Part shown: piece by piece, positions 1-10,243 of the stretch | Layout of the letters: every line of letters begins with the position of its first letter | Numbering within the stretch: position 1 is the first letter of the stretch | Origin: a bacterium | GTDB lineage: Bacteria; UBA8248 | DNA length: 64,000 nucleotides | Direction: 5' to 3' | NCBI GenBank assembly: GCA_965199855.1 | Contig: OZ241326.1 | Coordinates: forward strand, 736,001-800,000 | Position numbers and translations under genes: made by a program | Notes under the pieces: generated by a model | The model's input: only the letters and a program-made list of their open reading frames with translations | Told to the model about the DNA's origin: nothing | Databases searched by the model: none

Positions 1-140
1 AAAATCGCAAGTTCTATTTTGGTTTGCGCGGAGGGGATATTTTCCATAAAGTCTCGATATGCGAAGATCACTTCCCGACTTGACGCCCGAATCGCGGCGG
101 CATTCGTTGGCTGATAAAGATTTCGGAAGGTGAGAGAAGA

Positions 141-884
141 GTGCGCGAATTGATTGCGGAAAAGCCGCTTTCCAACGAATTCATACCCTATTACTACCAA
201 ATCGCCAGCCTCTTGCGCTGGAAAATCGAATGTGGGGACTTGATTCCGGGAATGAAGCTTCCCACGGAGCTCGACCTTTCCAAGCATTTCGGCGTCAGCC
301 GGGTGACCCTTCGGCAGGCACTTTCCGTCCTGGAGAAGGGGGGGCTCGTGAGGCGGGAGCGCCGAAAGGGCACGTTCGTCAACGGCGCAAGCGCGAAGCC
401 GAAAATGATTCATCTCACCGGAGTCATCTGGGAGGAGGACGCCGGCGGCGAGGACATGCGCGTCATATCGATTCGGGACGTGGACGCGCAGCCACGCCTC
501 GGAAAATTCTTCGGTTTGGACGATGGCGAGGCGTTGACGAGAATTCAGCGCCTCAGGATGATGGAGAGCAAGCCCTTCTGCTGCGTGATGAATTATCTGC
601 CCCAAAAACTCGCCGCAAGCGTCACGCGCGAGGACATTCGCACCCGCAGCATGCTTCATATCATCAAGAATCGACTGGGTATCCCTTTGGGCAAGATCCA
701 TCAGACGTTCGAGGCGCGCATCGCCGAGAGCGATGTCGCGAACCATCTTTCCATCGGCGTCATGGAGCCTGTTTTGTATGTGGAGACCTTCGTTCATGGG
801 AAAAGCGGCGAGCCGATAGAGTTCTCCCAGATCTATTATCGCGGAGATCAGCACAAATACAGCGTGGAGCTCGTAGCCGAGTAG
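141..884 (+). CDS. GntR/HutC-family transcriptional regulator (wHTH + UTRA)
   Basis: N-terminal LPTELDLSKHFGVSRVTLRQAL...RRKGTFV GntR HTH; C-terminal UTRA-like region ending YRGDQHKY. Confidence 0.9.
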   Translation: MRELIAEKPLSNEFIPYYYQIASLLRWKIECGDLIPGMKLPTELDLSKHFGVSRVTLRQALSVLEKGGLVRRERRKGTFVNGASAKPKMIHLTGVIWEEDAGGEDMRVISIRDVDAQPRLGKFFGLDDGEALTRIQRLRMMESKPFCCVMNYLPQKLAASVTREDIRTRSMLHIIKNRLGIPLGKIHQTFEARIAESDVANHLSIGVMEPVLYVETFVHGKSGEPIEFSQIYYRGDQHKYSVELVAE

Positions 885-939
885 ATTCCCGCGTCTGCCC
901 TTCGCGTTTCCTGGTTCTCCATTCTCAGAGAGGTGAGAG

Positions 940-1929
940 GTGCCCCCGAAGAAGAGCGCGAAGAAAACCATCGGCTTCATCGGCCTGGGCCTCATGGGAC
1001 AAGCGTTTTCCAAGAACCTCATCGCCGATGGGCATCGCCTCGTGGGAACTGACGCGCGGGCGGCGGCGATGAGGAAATTCAGGCGCCTGGGCGGAGAGGC
1101 TCTCGATACGCCTCGCGCCGTCGCGGAAGCCGCCGATGTTGTGTTCATCTCCGTCCCCGACTCGGGAATATCCCTTCGGACGGCGCGCGGAAAAAACGGG
1201 TATCTGGCCTGTTCTCCCGAATCGGCGCCCGAGGTCGTGCTCGACACGACGACGGCGGATCCGGAGGACTCGAAGAAGCACGCGAATCTGTGCCGGAGAA
1301 AGAAAATTCCCTACCTAGATGCATGCGTGAGCGGCAACAGCGGCTACGTGGCCAATCGGGAAGGCCTGTTTCTCGTCGGAGGAGACAGGAAAGCCTACGA
1401 CAAGATGGTGCCGCTTTTGGGGACGATGCTTTCGGATCAGATATACTGCGGCCCATCCGGCTCCGGTGCCGCCATGAAGGTGGTCGTGAACTACATGACT
1501 TCCATGGGGCGTTGCGTCATCGCCGAAACCCTGAGGCTGGGGATGCGCGGCGGATTCGGGAAAGCGTTTTTGTTCGACGCGCTCGCGAGAAGCCGCGCGG
1601 GTGAATGGAGGATGTTGCGCATCCATGGCGGAAACATGTTACGAGGCCGGTTTCGCCGTCCCCTGAGCACCTTGAACGTCATCGCAAAGGACATCCGGCT
1701 CGGTTTGAGGCAGGCGAGGAGAAACGGAGCGGTGACGCCCGTCGGCGGCGCCTGCGCGCCGATGTTCAGGGAAGGCGAGCGCGCGGGATACGGGGAGCTG
1801 GACAGCACGGCGGTTTATTTGTCGTATCTGGATCGGGAGAACAGAAAACAGAATGTCCTTCGCGCCCGCGCTGACAGAGGGAAAGGGCAAACCCCGCGCC
1901 CTCCTCGAGGGAGAACCGAAAGCGGCTGA
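940..1929 (+). CDS. NAD(P)-dependent oxidoreductase, beta-hydroxyacid dehydrogenase family
   Basis: IGFIGLGLMG, LDACVSG and GSGAAMKVVVN motifs. Confidence 0.85.
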   Translation: MPPKKSAKKTIGFIGLGLMGQAFSKNLIADGHRLVGTDARAAAMRKFRRLGGEALDTPRAVAEAADVVFISVPDSGISLRTARGKNGYLACSPESAPEVVLDTTTADPEDSKKHANLCRRKKIPYLDACVSGNSGYVANREGLFLVGGDRKAYDKMVPLLGTMLSDQIYCGPSGSGAAMKVVVNYMTSMGRCVIAETLRLGMRGGFGKAFLFDALARSRAGEWRMLRIHGGNMLRGRFRRPLSTLNVIAKDIRLGLRQARRNGAVTPVGGACAPMFREGERAGYGELDSTAVYLSYLDRENRKQNVLRARADRGKGQTPRPPRGRTESG

Positions 1930-2061
1930 AATCCGGATATTCTCGAATCGGCGTCAGGGAAGCCGGGGACGCGGCTGGAGATTCCCCCAGGTGAGGGAGT
2001 CGTCTTGTCGTGAGCGCGGCGATTTTGGACCTCTCCTTGAAGGATAAGTGGAAAAGCCGCC

Positions 2062-2805
2062 ATGGAACTGAAGGGGAAAGTGCTGGTGATCACGGGTGCG
2101 GCCCGGGGAATCGGCGCGGAAGCCGCGCGCCGGTTCGCGAGATTGGGCGCGAATGTGGCCGCCGTGGACGTGCGGGAAGGCGAACCATGGCGGCTCGGCG
2201 AGGAATCGGAAGGCACCGTCCTCGGAGTGCGGGCGGATATTTCGGATGCGCGGGGCGTCGAAAGCGCCTTTGACGCGGCGGTGGGGCGATTCGGCGGGGT
2301 GGACGTTTTGATCAACTGCGCCGTTGTTCGCGGGAACGGCCCTCTGGCGGAGGTTGAGGAAGGCGCGATTGACTTGGCTTTGGCCGTGGGACTTAAAGGC
2401 GGCATCCTGTGTGCGCGCCGCGCGGCGCAGGAGATGCGAAAGCGCGGCGGCGGGGCCATCGTGAACATGTCGAGCTTCTACGTCCGCACGCCGGCGAAGG
2501 GGCGCGTGGTCTATGTCGCCGTAAAAGGCGGCGTGGAGGCCCTCACGCGCGCGCTGGCCGTCGAGCTGGCGGACGCGAACGTGCGCGTCAACGCCATCGC
2601 GGCGGGGCCGGTGCTGACCAGACTGAGGGAGGCGCGGGGAGAGGGCGGCCCCGACAGCTTGGCGGATCGCTACCGGAAGTCCCCGATGGGCAGGTTCGGC
2701 CGGGTTGAAGAGGTGCTGGACGCCATGATGTATCTGATGACGGCCCGCTCCTCCTACATGACGGGCCAGGTTCTGGCGCTTGACGGCGGCCTGACCATCG
2801 CCTGA
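2062..2805 (+). CDS. Short-chain dehydrogenase/reductase (SDR)
   Basis: TGAARGIG, YVAVK catalytic motif, VRVNAIAAG, TGQVLALDGG. Confidence 0.9.
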   Translation: MELKGKVLVITGAARGIGAEAARRFARLGANVAAVDVREGEPWRLGEESEGTVLGVRADISDARGVESAFDAAVGRFGGVDVLINCAVVRGNGPLAEVEEGAIDLALAVGLKGGILCARRAAQEMRKRGGGAIVNMSSFYVRTPAKGRVVYVAVKGGVEALTRALAVELADANVRVNAIAAGPVLTRLREARGEGGPDSLADRYRKSPMGRFGRVEEVLDAMMYLMTARSSYMTGQVLALDGGLTIA

Positions 2806-2978
2806 TTCTTTCGCGCGAGCCTTTGCGGCGCGGGGGCTTCCGGCAGGGCGCGCTCGTCGGGAACGCCGCCGCGGGCGATTTGACGGACGCTTCGCGTCGT
2901 TGTATGAAGCCTGCGTGAGGCTGTAGCGGAACTTTCAGGCGGGTTGACTTTCAAATCTCAGGTGAGGAGGGGAGGAAG

Positions 2979-4166
2979 GTGAGGAAAATTCTGACGACTA
3001 TAGCGGCGCTGGCCATGCTGGCTTCGAGCGCGCCCGCGGCGATGGGCGCCGACATGAAGATCGGCGTCCTGCTGGGCTTTACCGGGCCGATCGAATCCCT
3101 GACGCCGGGCATTGCGTCCGGCGCCGAAATCGCCATGAAGGAAGCGTCCGGGAAGCTGCTCGGGGGGAGGAAGATCGTCCCGGTGCGGGGCGATTCGACC
3201 TGCACGGACGCCGCGGCGGCGCGGGCGGCGGCCGAGCGCCTGATCACCTCGGATCGGGTCGCCGCCATCATGGGCGCGGACTGCTCGGGCGTGACCATCG
3301 CCGTCGTCAACAACGTGGCGGTGCCGAACGGCGTGGTCATGATCTCCCCCTCGGCGACCTCGCCGGCGCTTACCACGATCAAGGACAAGGGCTACTTCTT
3401 CCGCACGGCGCCCTCCGACGCCCGGCAGGGCGAGGTGCTGGCGCAGGTGGCCAAGGCGCGCGGCATCAAGAGCATCGCCATCACCTACACGAACAACGAC
3501 TACGGCAAGGGCCTGGCGGAGTCCTTCTCCAGGGCGTTCAAGGCGATCGGGGGCAAGGTCGAGATTTCGGCGGCGCATCAGGACGGCAAGGCCGACTACT
3601 CCGCCGAGGTGGGGGCGCTGGCCGCCTCGGGCGCCAAGCGTCTGGCCGTGTTCGGCTACATCGACAAGGGCGGCAAGGGCGTCATCCAGGCCTCCATCGA
3701 CGCCGGCGCGTTCGACAGGTTCCTCATGGCGGACGGCATGGTCGGGGAGTCGCTGGTCAAGGCCATCGGCAAGCCGCTGAACGGCTCGATCGCCACCGCG
3801 CCGGGCTCGGATTCTCCCAACGCCAAGAAGTTCGCCGCCCTCGCCAAGGCGGCCGGCGTCAAGGGAAGCGCGCCGTTCGTGGCCGAGGCCTATGACGCGG
3901 CGGCGCTGATCATTCTCGCGGCGCAGGCGGCCGGCTCGACGGATCGCGCGGCCATCCGCTCCAAGATCATGTCCGTCGCCAACGCCCCGGGCGAGGAGAT
4001 CGCGCCGGGAGAGCTGGGCAAGGCGCTCAAGCTCCTCGCGGCCGGCAAGGCGGTGAACTTCCAGGGCGCGACGAACGTCGAGCTGAACGCCGTCGGCGAC
4101 CCTTCGGGCAGCTACAAGGAATATGAGGTAAAGGGCGGGAAATTCGCCGTCGTCAAGGTGCATTGA
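2979..4166 (+). CDS. Branched-chain amino acid-type ABC transporter substrate-binding protein
   Basis: Signal peptide; ISPSATSPALT, FFRTAPSD, NNDYG motifs; GGAGG/GGAAGG RBS before GTG. Confidence 0.9.
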   Translation: MRKILTTIAALAMLASSAPAAMGADMKIGVLLGFTGPIESLTPGIASGAEIAMKEASGKLLGGRKIVPVRGDSTCTDAAAARAAAERLITSDRVAAIMGADCSGVTIAVVNNVAVPNGVVMISPSATSPALTTIKDKGYFFRTAPSDARQGEVLAQVAKARGIKSIAITYTNNDYGKGLAESFSRAFKAIGGKVEISAAHQDGKADYSAEVGALAASGAKRLAVFGYIDKGGKGVIQASIDAGAFDRFLMADGMVGESLVKAIGKPLNGSIATAPGSDSPNAKKFAALAKAAGVKGSAPFVAEAYDAAALIILAAQAAGSTDRAAIRSKIMSVANAPGEEIAPGELGKALKLLAAGKAVNFQGATNVELNAVGDPSGSYKEYEVKGGKFAVVKVH

Positions 4167-4186
4167 CGCCGGGCGGGCGCGAGCGG

Positions 4187-4220
4187 GGAGGCGCGCCCGG
4201 CGCGCGCCGGGCGCGCCTCC
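4187..4220. repeat. Perfect GC-rich palindrome after the SBP gene (mRNA stabiliser or weak terminator)
   Basis: GGAGGCGCGCCCGGCGCGCGCCGGGCGCGCCTCC is self-complementary. Confidence 0.5.
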
Positions 4221-4264
4221 TCGGCGCCGGGGACGTTTTGCGGAATCGGGATGGCGAGAGAGCC

Positions 4265-5056
4265 ATGATCCGCGTGGTTGACGCGCACAAGAATTTCGGC
4301 GGCGTGAGAGCCGTGAACGGCGCCAGCCTGGAGATTGAGAAAGGATCCATCACGGGGCTGGTCGGCCCCAACGGCGCGGGCAAGACCACCCTGTTCAACA
4401 TGATCGCCGGCGTCTATCCGCCGACCTCGGGACGCATCTATCTCGGCGGCGAGGACGTCACCGGGCTTCGGCCCCACCAGCTGTTCCACAAGGGCGTCCG
4501 GCGCACCTTCCAGATCGCGCGCGAGTTCTCCACGCTGACCGTCCTGGAGAACCTGATGGCGGCGGCCGTCGATCAGAGCGGCGAGAACCTCCTGGGCGCT
4601 TGGCTGCGTCCGGGGCGCGTCCGCGCCGAGGAGGCGGCGATCCGCCGCAGGGCCGGGGAGGTGCTCGAGTTCCTGAGCCTTGAGGCGGTCGCCGGCGAGC
4701 CGGCCGGCAACCTGTCGGGCGGCCAGAAGAAGCTGGTCGAAATCGCGCGCGTGATGATGACGGACGCCAAGGCGATCCTGCTCGACGAGATAGGAGCGGG
4801 CGTGAACCGGACGCTCCTGCGCTCCATCTCCGGCGCCATACTGAGGCTCAACCTGGAGCGCGGCTATACCTTCTGCATGATAGAGCACGACATGGATCTC
4901 GTCTCGCTGCTCTGCGATCCGGTCATCGTCATGGCCGAGGGGGCGGTGCTCGCCCAGGGCCCGGCCCCGGACATCCGGGCGGACGAGCGCGTCATCGAGG
5001 CCTATCTCGGCGCCGGCTTGAGGAGCAGGCCGGCGCCGGCGGCCGATTCCGCATGA
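4265..5056 (+). CDS. ABC transporter ATP-binding protein (LivG-like)
   Basis: GPNGAGKT, LSGGQ, ILLDE; ATG at 4265 after GAGAGAG. Confidence 0.9.
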   Translation: MIRVVDAHKNFGGVRAVNGASLEIEKGSITGLVGPNGAGKTTLFNMIAGVYPPTSGRIYLGGEDVTGLRPHQLFHKGVRRTFQIAREFSTLTVLENLMAAAVDQSGENLLGAWLRPGRVRAEEAAIRRRAGEVLEFLSLEAVAGEPAGNLSGGQKKLVEIARVMMTDAKAILLDEIGAGVNRTLLRSISGAILRLNLERGYTFCMIEHDMDLVSLLCDPVIVMAEGAVLAQGPAPDIRADERVIEAYLGAGLRSRPAPAADSA

Positions 5057-5757
5057 GCTACCTGAGCGGCGAGAACATGCGCGGCGGCTACGGCGCGGCC
5101 GACATACTGCGCGGGTGCGCCGTCAGCGTGGACAAGGGGGAGATCGCGGTCATCGTGGGGCCGAACGGGGCCGGAAAATCGACGGCCATGAGAGCCCTGT
5201 TCGGAATGCTGCGGCTGCGGGAGGGGGAGGTGCGCCTGGGCGGGCGCGACATCAGCGGCCTCACCCCGCAGGATCGGGTGAGGGAGGGCATGGCCTTCGT
5301 TCCGCAGACGGACAACGTGTTCGCCACCATGACGGTGCAGGAGAACCTGGAGATGGGCGCCCTGTTGCTGCGCGACGACATCTCGGAGAGCATGGAGCGG
5401 ATTTTCGAGTTGTTTCCCGTTCTCGGGGAGAAGCGCCGCCAGACGGCCGGCGAACTCTCCGGCGGCCAGCGCCAGCAGGTCGCCATCGCGCGCGCGCTGA
5501 TGATGCGGCCGGACGTGCTGATGCTGGACGAGCCGACCGCCGGCGTATCGCCGATCGTCATGGACGAGCTGTTCGGCCGCATCCTCGATATCCGGCGCGC
5601 CGGCATCGCCGTCCTGATGGTTGAGCAGAACGCCCGCCAGGCGCTCGGCATCGCCGATCGCGGCTTCGTCCTGGTGACCGGAGAAAACCGCTTCATCGAC
5701 ACCGGCGAGGCGCTGCTCGCCAATCCCGAAGTGCGGCGCTCGTTCCTCGGAGCGTAA
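5053..5757 (+). CDS. ABC transporter ATP-binding protein (LivF-like)
   Basis: GPNGAGKST, LSGGQRQ, LMVEQNA; ATGA overlap with upstream gene. Confidence 0.9.
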   Translation: MSYLSGENMRGGYGAADILRGCAVSVDKGEIAVIVGPNGAGKSTAMRALFGMLRLREGEVRLGGRDISGLTPQDRVREGMAFVPQTDNVFATMTVQENLEMGALLLRDDISESMERIFELFPVLGEKRRQTAGELSGGQRQQVAIARALMMRPDVLMLDEPTAGVSPIVMDELFGRILDIRRAGIAVLMVEQNARQALGIADRGFVLVTGENRFIDTGEALLANPEVRRSFLGA

Positions 5758-5764
5758 GCGGGCG

Positions 5765-6781
5765 GTGATCGTCGATATCGCCAACGCCGTCGTCCTGCTG
5801 CTGAACTTCGTCTTCGTGCCGGCGGTCGCCTACGCCTCGCAGCTCGCCCTGGGCGCGCTCGGCGTCACCCTGGTGTTCGGCATCCTGCGGTTCGCCAATT
5901 TCTCCCACGGCGACCTCATGGCCCTGGGTACGATGGCGGTGATTCTGGCGACGTGGCAGCTGCAGGCCTGGGGCGTCGGCCTCGGCCCGCTGCCGACGGC
6001 GCTGCTGGCGCTTCCGTTCGGGGCGCTGACGGCGATCGCCGTCAGCTTCGCCGTGGACCGCGCGGTGTTCCGCTTCTATCGAATCAAGCGGAGCGCGCCG
6101 ATGGTGCTGAGCATCGTCTCGGTCGGCGTGATGTTCGTGATGAACGGCGCCGTGCGCTTCATCATCGGCCCCGACGACAGAACCTTCGCCGACGGGGCGC
6201 GATACCTGATCACGGCGGGCGAGTTCAAGCGCGCGACCGGCCTCGATGAGGGGCTCTCCATCCGCTTCTCGCAGGTCCTGACCATCGTCGTCGCCGTCGC
6301 CGCGGTGGCGGCGCTGTTCTGGTGCCTCCAGCGCACGCGCATCGGCAAATCGATGCGCGCCTATTCCGACAACGAGGATCTCGCGCTGCTCTCGGGCGTC
6401 GATCCGGATCGTGTGGTGCTCGTGACCTGGGCCATCACCGCGGCGCTCGCGACCATCGCCGGCACGCTCTACGGCCTCGACAAGAGCTTCCAGCCGCTCA
6501 CGTATCTGCATCTTCTGCTCCCGATGTTCGCCGCCGCCATCGTCGGGGGCATCGGCCAGCCTCTGGGAGCGATCGCCGGCGGCTTTCTGGTCGCCTTCTC
6601 CGAGGTCATGGTCACCTACGCCTACAAGAAATTCCTGCGCTACCTGCTGCCCGAGGCCCTGCATCCCGATGGCCTGGTGCAGCTTCTCTCGACCGACTAC
6701 AAGTTCGCGGTCTCGTTCATCATCCTGGTGGCGGCGCTGCTCTGGCGGCCCACCGGCCTGTTCCGGGGGCGGGTCCTGTGA
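5765..6781 (+). CDS. Branched-chain amino acid ABC permease (LivH-like)
   Basis: FANFSHGD, GKSMRAYSDN, hydrophobic helices. Confidence 0.9.
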   Translation: MIVDIANAVVLLLNFVFVPAVAYASQLALGALGVTLVFGILRFANFSHGDLMALGTMAVILATWQLQAWGVGLGPLPTALLALPFGALTAIAVSFAVDRAVFRFYRIKRSAPMVLSIVSVGVMFVMNGAVRFIIGPDDRTFADGARYLITAGEFKRATGLDEGLSIRFSQVLTIVVAVAAVAALFWCLQRTRIGKSMRAYSDNEDLALLSGVDPDRVVLVTWAITAALATIAGTLYGLDKSFQPLTYLHLLLPMFAAAIVGGIGQPLGAIAGGFLVAFSEVMVTYAYKKFLRYLLPEALHPDGLVQLLSTDYKFAVSFIILVAALLWRPTGLFRGRVL

Positions 6782-8142
6782 GCGAGCGAACGCGCGCCAT
6801 CGGCGGCTTCTCGATCATGGCCGCGCTGCTGGTCGCCGTCGGCGTCGGCCAGTCCTGGTCGGTGAGCCTCGCGGTGCTCAACCTGTGCCTGATCTCGGCG
6901 CTGATGACGCTCGGCGTCAACATCCAGTGGGGCTACGCCGGGCTGTTCAACGTGGGTCTCATGGCCTTCGCGGCCCTGGGCGGGCTGGCTGGCGTGCTCG
7001 TCTCCCAGCCGCCCGTAGTTGCGGCCGCGGCGGCGGGCGGCGCGAACCTGCTGTGGGCGGCGGCCGCGGCGTCTCTGACGGGCGGCCTCGTCTGGGCGCT
7101 GCTCCGGCTGATGCCCCGCGGCCGTCTTCGCGCCTTCGCGCTCGCGTGCGTCGTCGTCGCCGGCTTCTTCGCGGCGAGGGCCTTCTTCGACCCCGCCGTC
7201 CGGGCGATTGAGGAGGTGGATTCGTCCACGAGCGGCTATCTCGGGGGGCTGGGCCTTCCCATCATCCTCTCATGGCCCGTCGGCGGCCTGTTCGCGGCGC
7301 TGGCCGCCCGCATGATAGGCCCCGTCGCGCTGGGGCTGCGCTCGGATTATTTCGCCATCGCCACGCTCGGCATTTCCGAAATCGTGGTCTCGGTGCTGAA
7401 GAACGAGGACTGGCTCGCCCGCGGGGTGAAGAACGTGACCGGCCTCGACCGCCCGGTGCCCTACGAGCTGGAGCTGCAGGGGGCGCCCTGGTTTCGGGAT
7501 TTCGTGGCCTCGCTGAACGCCGACGCCCTCGCCGCCCTCGCCGGGACGGAGCGCGCCGGGGCGCTGCGCGAGCTCGTCATCGAAGCGGCGAGCGTTTTCG
7601 TCAAGCTGTGCTACGCGGGCCTGTTCGCCGCCGTTCTCATCGTCATTTTTCTGCTCAGCGAGCGGGCGCTCCGATCTCCCTGGGGACGGATGATGCGCGC
7701 GATACGCGACAGCGAGGAGGCGGCCGAGGCGCTGGGCAAGGACGTCGTCTATCGCCACCGCCAAGTCTTCATTCTCGGCTCGGCGGTCGTGGGCGTCGCC
7801 GGCGCGATGCTCGTCACCCTGGACGGGCAGTTCACGCCCTCCGCCTACAATCCGCTGCGGTTCACCTTCCTGATCTGGGTGATGGTGATCGTCGGCGGCT
7901 CCGGCAACAACCTGGGCGCCGTGCTCGGCGGCTTCTTCATCTGGTTCGTCTGGATCGAGGCCGAGCCGGCCGGCCTGTGGCTGGTGAGCGCGGCGACCTC
8001 GGGGATGGAGCCCGGCGATCCGCTTCGCGCGCGCCTGGTCGCCTCGGCGGCCTACATGCGGCCCATTCTGATGGGGGTCATTCTGCTCGCGGTGATGCGC
8101 TTCAGCCCGCGCGGGATGATACCCGAGACCATCCGGCGCTGA
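6778..8142 (+). CDS. Branched-chain amino acid ABC permease (LivM-like)
   Basis: WGYAGLFNVG, LRSDYFAIATLG, SPWGRMMRAIRD; GTGA overlap with upstream stop. Confidence 0.9.
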   Translation: MSERTRAIGGFSIMAALLVAVGVGQSWSVSLAVLNLCLISALMTLGVNIQWGYAGLFNVGLMAFAALGGLAGVLVSQPPVVAAAAAGGANLLWAAAAASLTGGLVWALLRLMPRGRLRAFALACVVVAGFFAARAFFDPAVRAIEEVDSSTSGYLGGLGLPIILSWPVGGLFAALAARMIGPVALGLRSDYFAIATLGISEIVVSVLKNEDWLARGVKNVTGLDRPVPYELELQGAPWFRDFVASLNADALAALAGTERAGALRELVIEAASVFVKLCYAGLFAAVLIVIFLLSERALRSPWGRMMRAIRDSEEAAEALGKDVVYRHRQVFILGSAVVGVAGAMLVTLDGQFTPSAYNPLRFTFLIWVMVIVGGSGNNLGAVLGGFFIWFVWIEAEPAGLWLVSAATSGMEPGDPLRARLVASAAYMRPILMGVILLAVMRFSPRGMIPETIRR

Positions 8143-8237
8143 GCGGCGCGCTTCGGAGAGGGCGTGGCCAAGAGGCGTCCCCGCGTCCCTGGCTCGGCTT
8201 CAGGGGGCGATTTCCCCGCCTTCGGGCAAGCGGCGCG

Positions 8238-8663
8238 TCAGCACCAGCTCTCCCGCCGACCGCCCGCGTAGGGCCGGGCGTGGCCCGCGTCCATCATCGC
8301 CCGGGCGAAGTCGCGCCCGTCCGCCAGCAGGATGCCCGCGTCCACGCGCCCGCCGAATTTGTCGTCCTTCACCCCGATGAGCCACACCTCCCGACCGATG
8401 ATCCCGCGGGCGTAGTCGCGCGCCGCCTGTCCCTTCCGGCGCTCCGCCTCGCACTTCGGGCGGAAGATTTCGGGCGCGTCCATGCCCAGCACCCGGACGT
8501 TGACCCGTATCGTCTGGCGCGGCCACGGCCTGGCGTCCACCTTGATCGTGTCGCCGTCCACCACGCTCACGACTCTCGCCGGGATGCGCTGGCCCTGGGC
8601 CGCGGCGGGCCCGGACAGGGAGAGGACGAACGGGAATGCCAGGAGGGCGAGGGCGCGGCGCAA
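8238..8663 (-). CDS. Secreted thermonuclease (staphylococcal nuclease-like)
   Basis: Signal peptide then VVDGDT, VRVLGMDAPE, DKFGGR; TTG start inferred because the longer ORF overlaps the tRNA. Confidence 0.8.
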   Translation of the reverse strand: MRRALALLAFPFVLSLSGPAAAQGQRIPARVVSVVDGDTIKVDARPWPRQTIRVNVRVLGMDAPEIFRPKCEAERRKGQAARDYARGIIGREVWLIGVKDDKFGGRVDAGILLADGRDFARAMMDAGHARPYAGGRRESWC

Positions 8664-8699
8664 TTTCCATCCCCGGGGGCGGAGGATGCTCAGACGCGG

Positions 8700-8793
8700 C
8701 GGGAGCGCGTGGGAGTCGAACCCACCGACGAAGTGGTTAGCCCCGTCCACTGGATTTGAAGTCCAGGCGGCACACCGGCGCCGATGCGCTCCC
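8700..8793 (-). tRNA. selC: tRNA-Sec (UCA)
   Basis: 8-bp acceptor stem GGGAGCGC/GCGCTCCC, anticodon arm CTGGA-CTTCAAA-TCCAG, long variable arm, T arm GTGGG-TTCGACT-CCCAC (8/5 fold); CCA not encoded. Confidence 0.95.
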
Positions 8794-8948
8794 AGAGGGA
8801 GAATACACCGGCGGGGCGGTTTCCGAAAGCGCGCTTTCCCGCCCGCGCCCCGCCTGAACGCTCCCGCCCGCGCCGGCCGGCTTGTCCCGGGGGCGCGAAC
8901 GCTCTACAACAACGGAGCGGAACGCAGCCCGGCGAGAGGAGGAGAGGG

Positions 8949-9851
8949 ATGGCGCGGCGCGTGGGAATCGTGGGCATGGGGCTGATGGGCCAGGCGTTCA
9001 TCAAGAACATGCGCGAGACGGGCTTCGAGGTGCAGGGCTTCGACGTGGACGCGGCGCGCATGGATGAGTTGCGCGAGCGGGGAGGCGAGCCGGTCGAGAC
9101 GCCGGCCGCCGCCGCCCGCGGCGTGAACTTCGTGATCGTCTCCCTGCCCGACAGCGAAATCGCGCGCGAGGCGGCGCTGGGAGCGGGCGGCGTCGCCGAG
9201 GGCGCGCGGGAGGGCCTCTACCTTCTCGATACGACGACCTCCCGCCCCGAGGATTCGGTCCGCCTCGCCGGAGACCTGGCGGAGCGGGGCGTCCGCTTTC
9301 TCGACGCCGCCGTGAGCGGGACGAGCGCGATGGCGCGGGAGAAGGATTTGATCGTCGTCGCGGGCGGTGCGGCGGAGGATTTCGACGCCTGCCGCGCCGT
9401 TTTCTCAGGGTTCAGCCGCGCGGCCTACCACATGGGGCCGATCGGCTCGGGGGCGCGGACGAAGCTGGTCGTCAACCTCGTTCTGGCGGGCAACCGGCTC
9501 GCCCTGGCGGAGGGGCTGCTGCTCGGCTCGAAGGCGGGGATCGCGATGGACGCGCTGCTGGAGGTGCTCCAGGACGGGGCGTGCGCCTCCAAGACGATGG
9601 CGGACAAGGGCCCCAAGATGATTCACGCGGATTATTCCAAACAGGGCCAGGTGAAGACCTCGCTCAAGGACGCGCGCCTGATGCTCGAGCAGGGCCGCCT
9701 CCACGGCTCCCCCATGCTGCTGACGGGCCTGTGGGCGCAGGTCGCGCAGATGGCCTATGAGCGGGGCTGCGGGGAGGAGGACACCGTCGCCTTCTACGAG
9801 GTTCTGCGCGAGCTGGCGGGGCTGCCGGCGAGAATCGGGGGGAAGGAGTAA
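8949..9851 (+). CDS. NAD(P)-dependent oxidoreductase, beta-hydroxyacid dehydrogenase family
   Basis: VGIVGMGLMG, FLDAAVSG, GSGARTKLVVN; GGAGAGG RBS. Confidence 0.88.
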   Translation: MARRVGIVGMGLMGQAFIKNMRETGFEVQGFDVDAARMDELRERGGEPVETPAAAARGVNFVIVSLPDSEIAREAALGAGGVAEGAREGLYLLDTTTSRPEDSVRLAGDLAERGVRFLDAAVSGTSAMAREKDLIVVAGGAAEDFDACRAVFSGFSRAAYHMGPIGSGARTKLVVNLVLAGNRLALAEGLLLGSKAGIAMDALLEVLQDGACASKTMADKGPKMIHADYSKQGQVKTSLKDARLMLEQGRLHGSPMLLTGLWAQVAQMAYERGCGEEDTVAFYEVLRELAGLPARIGGKE

Positions 9852-9901
9852 GGCCCCCCGGCGCGGAATCCTTCCCGGGGCGGGGGCGTCCGCGCGCGGG
9901 A

Positions 9902-10200
9902 GGGGCGTTTTTCTTGAAAATCGCGCCCTCGAATTGTTCCACGGAGGAGCCTCGCGCGCATTTGCCCGCAACTGCCCGCATTTGCGAGGCGGCGAGGGCG
10001 GCGGGCCGGGTTATATTCCTGATGCGGCGGAAGTGCGCCCATGGGGGGAAGGAAAACGGGCGAATCGGGGGCCGGCGGGATGCTCAAAGGGGTCTCAAAA
10101 GGGTCGAAAAAGGACGGGAAATAGCTGCGTATTTGTCTGTATCGGCCTTGAATTTGTCTGATTTTGTCGAAATTGGCAAAAGCGCATCCGCCGCTTTCAC
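9902..10200. repeat. Non-coding ~300-bp element, copy 1 (homologous to 13768-14066)
   Basis: Shared blocks CCCGCATTTGCGAGGCGGCGA, GGGCCGGGTTATATTCCTG, TGAATTTGTCTGATTTTGTCGAAATT, GCAAAAGCGCAT, CGCCGCTTTCAC. Confidence 0.8.
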
Positions 10201-10243
10201 CGCGGACGGAAACCCTCCCGGGCGCCCCAAGAAACCCCGCCGT

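Noticed and set aside
2900-2965. Glycine riboswitch suggested by CTTTCAGG/TCTCAGG before the ABC operon
   Set aside because: The GGAGA and CCGAAG conserved segments and the tandem aptamer stems are not evident.
8600-8800. Prophage or island integrated at tRNA-Sec
   Set aside because: No integrase nearby, and I saw no duplicated tRNA 3' end in the window.
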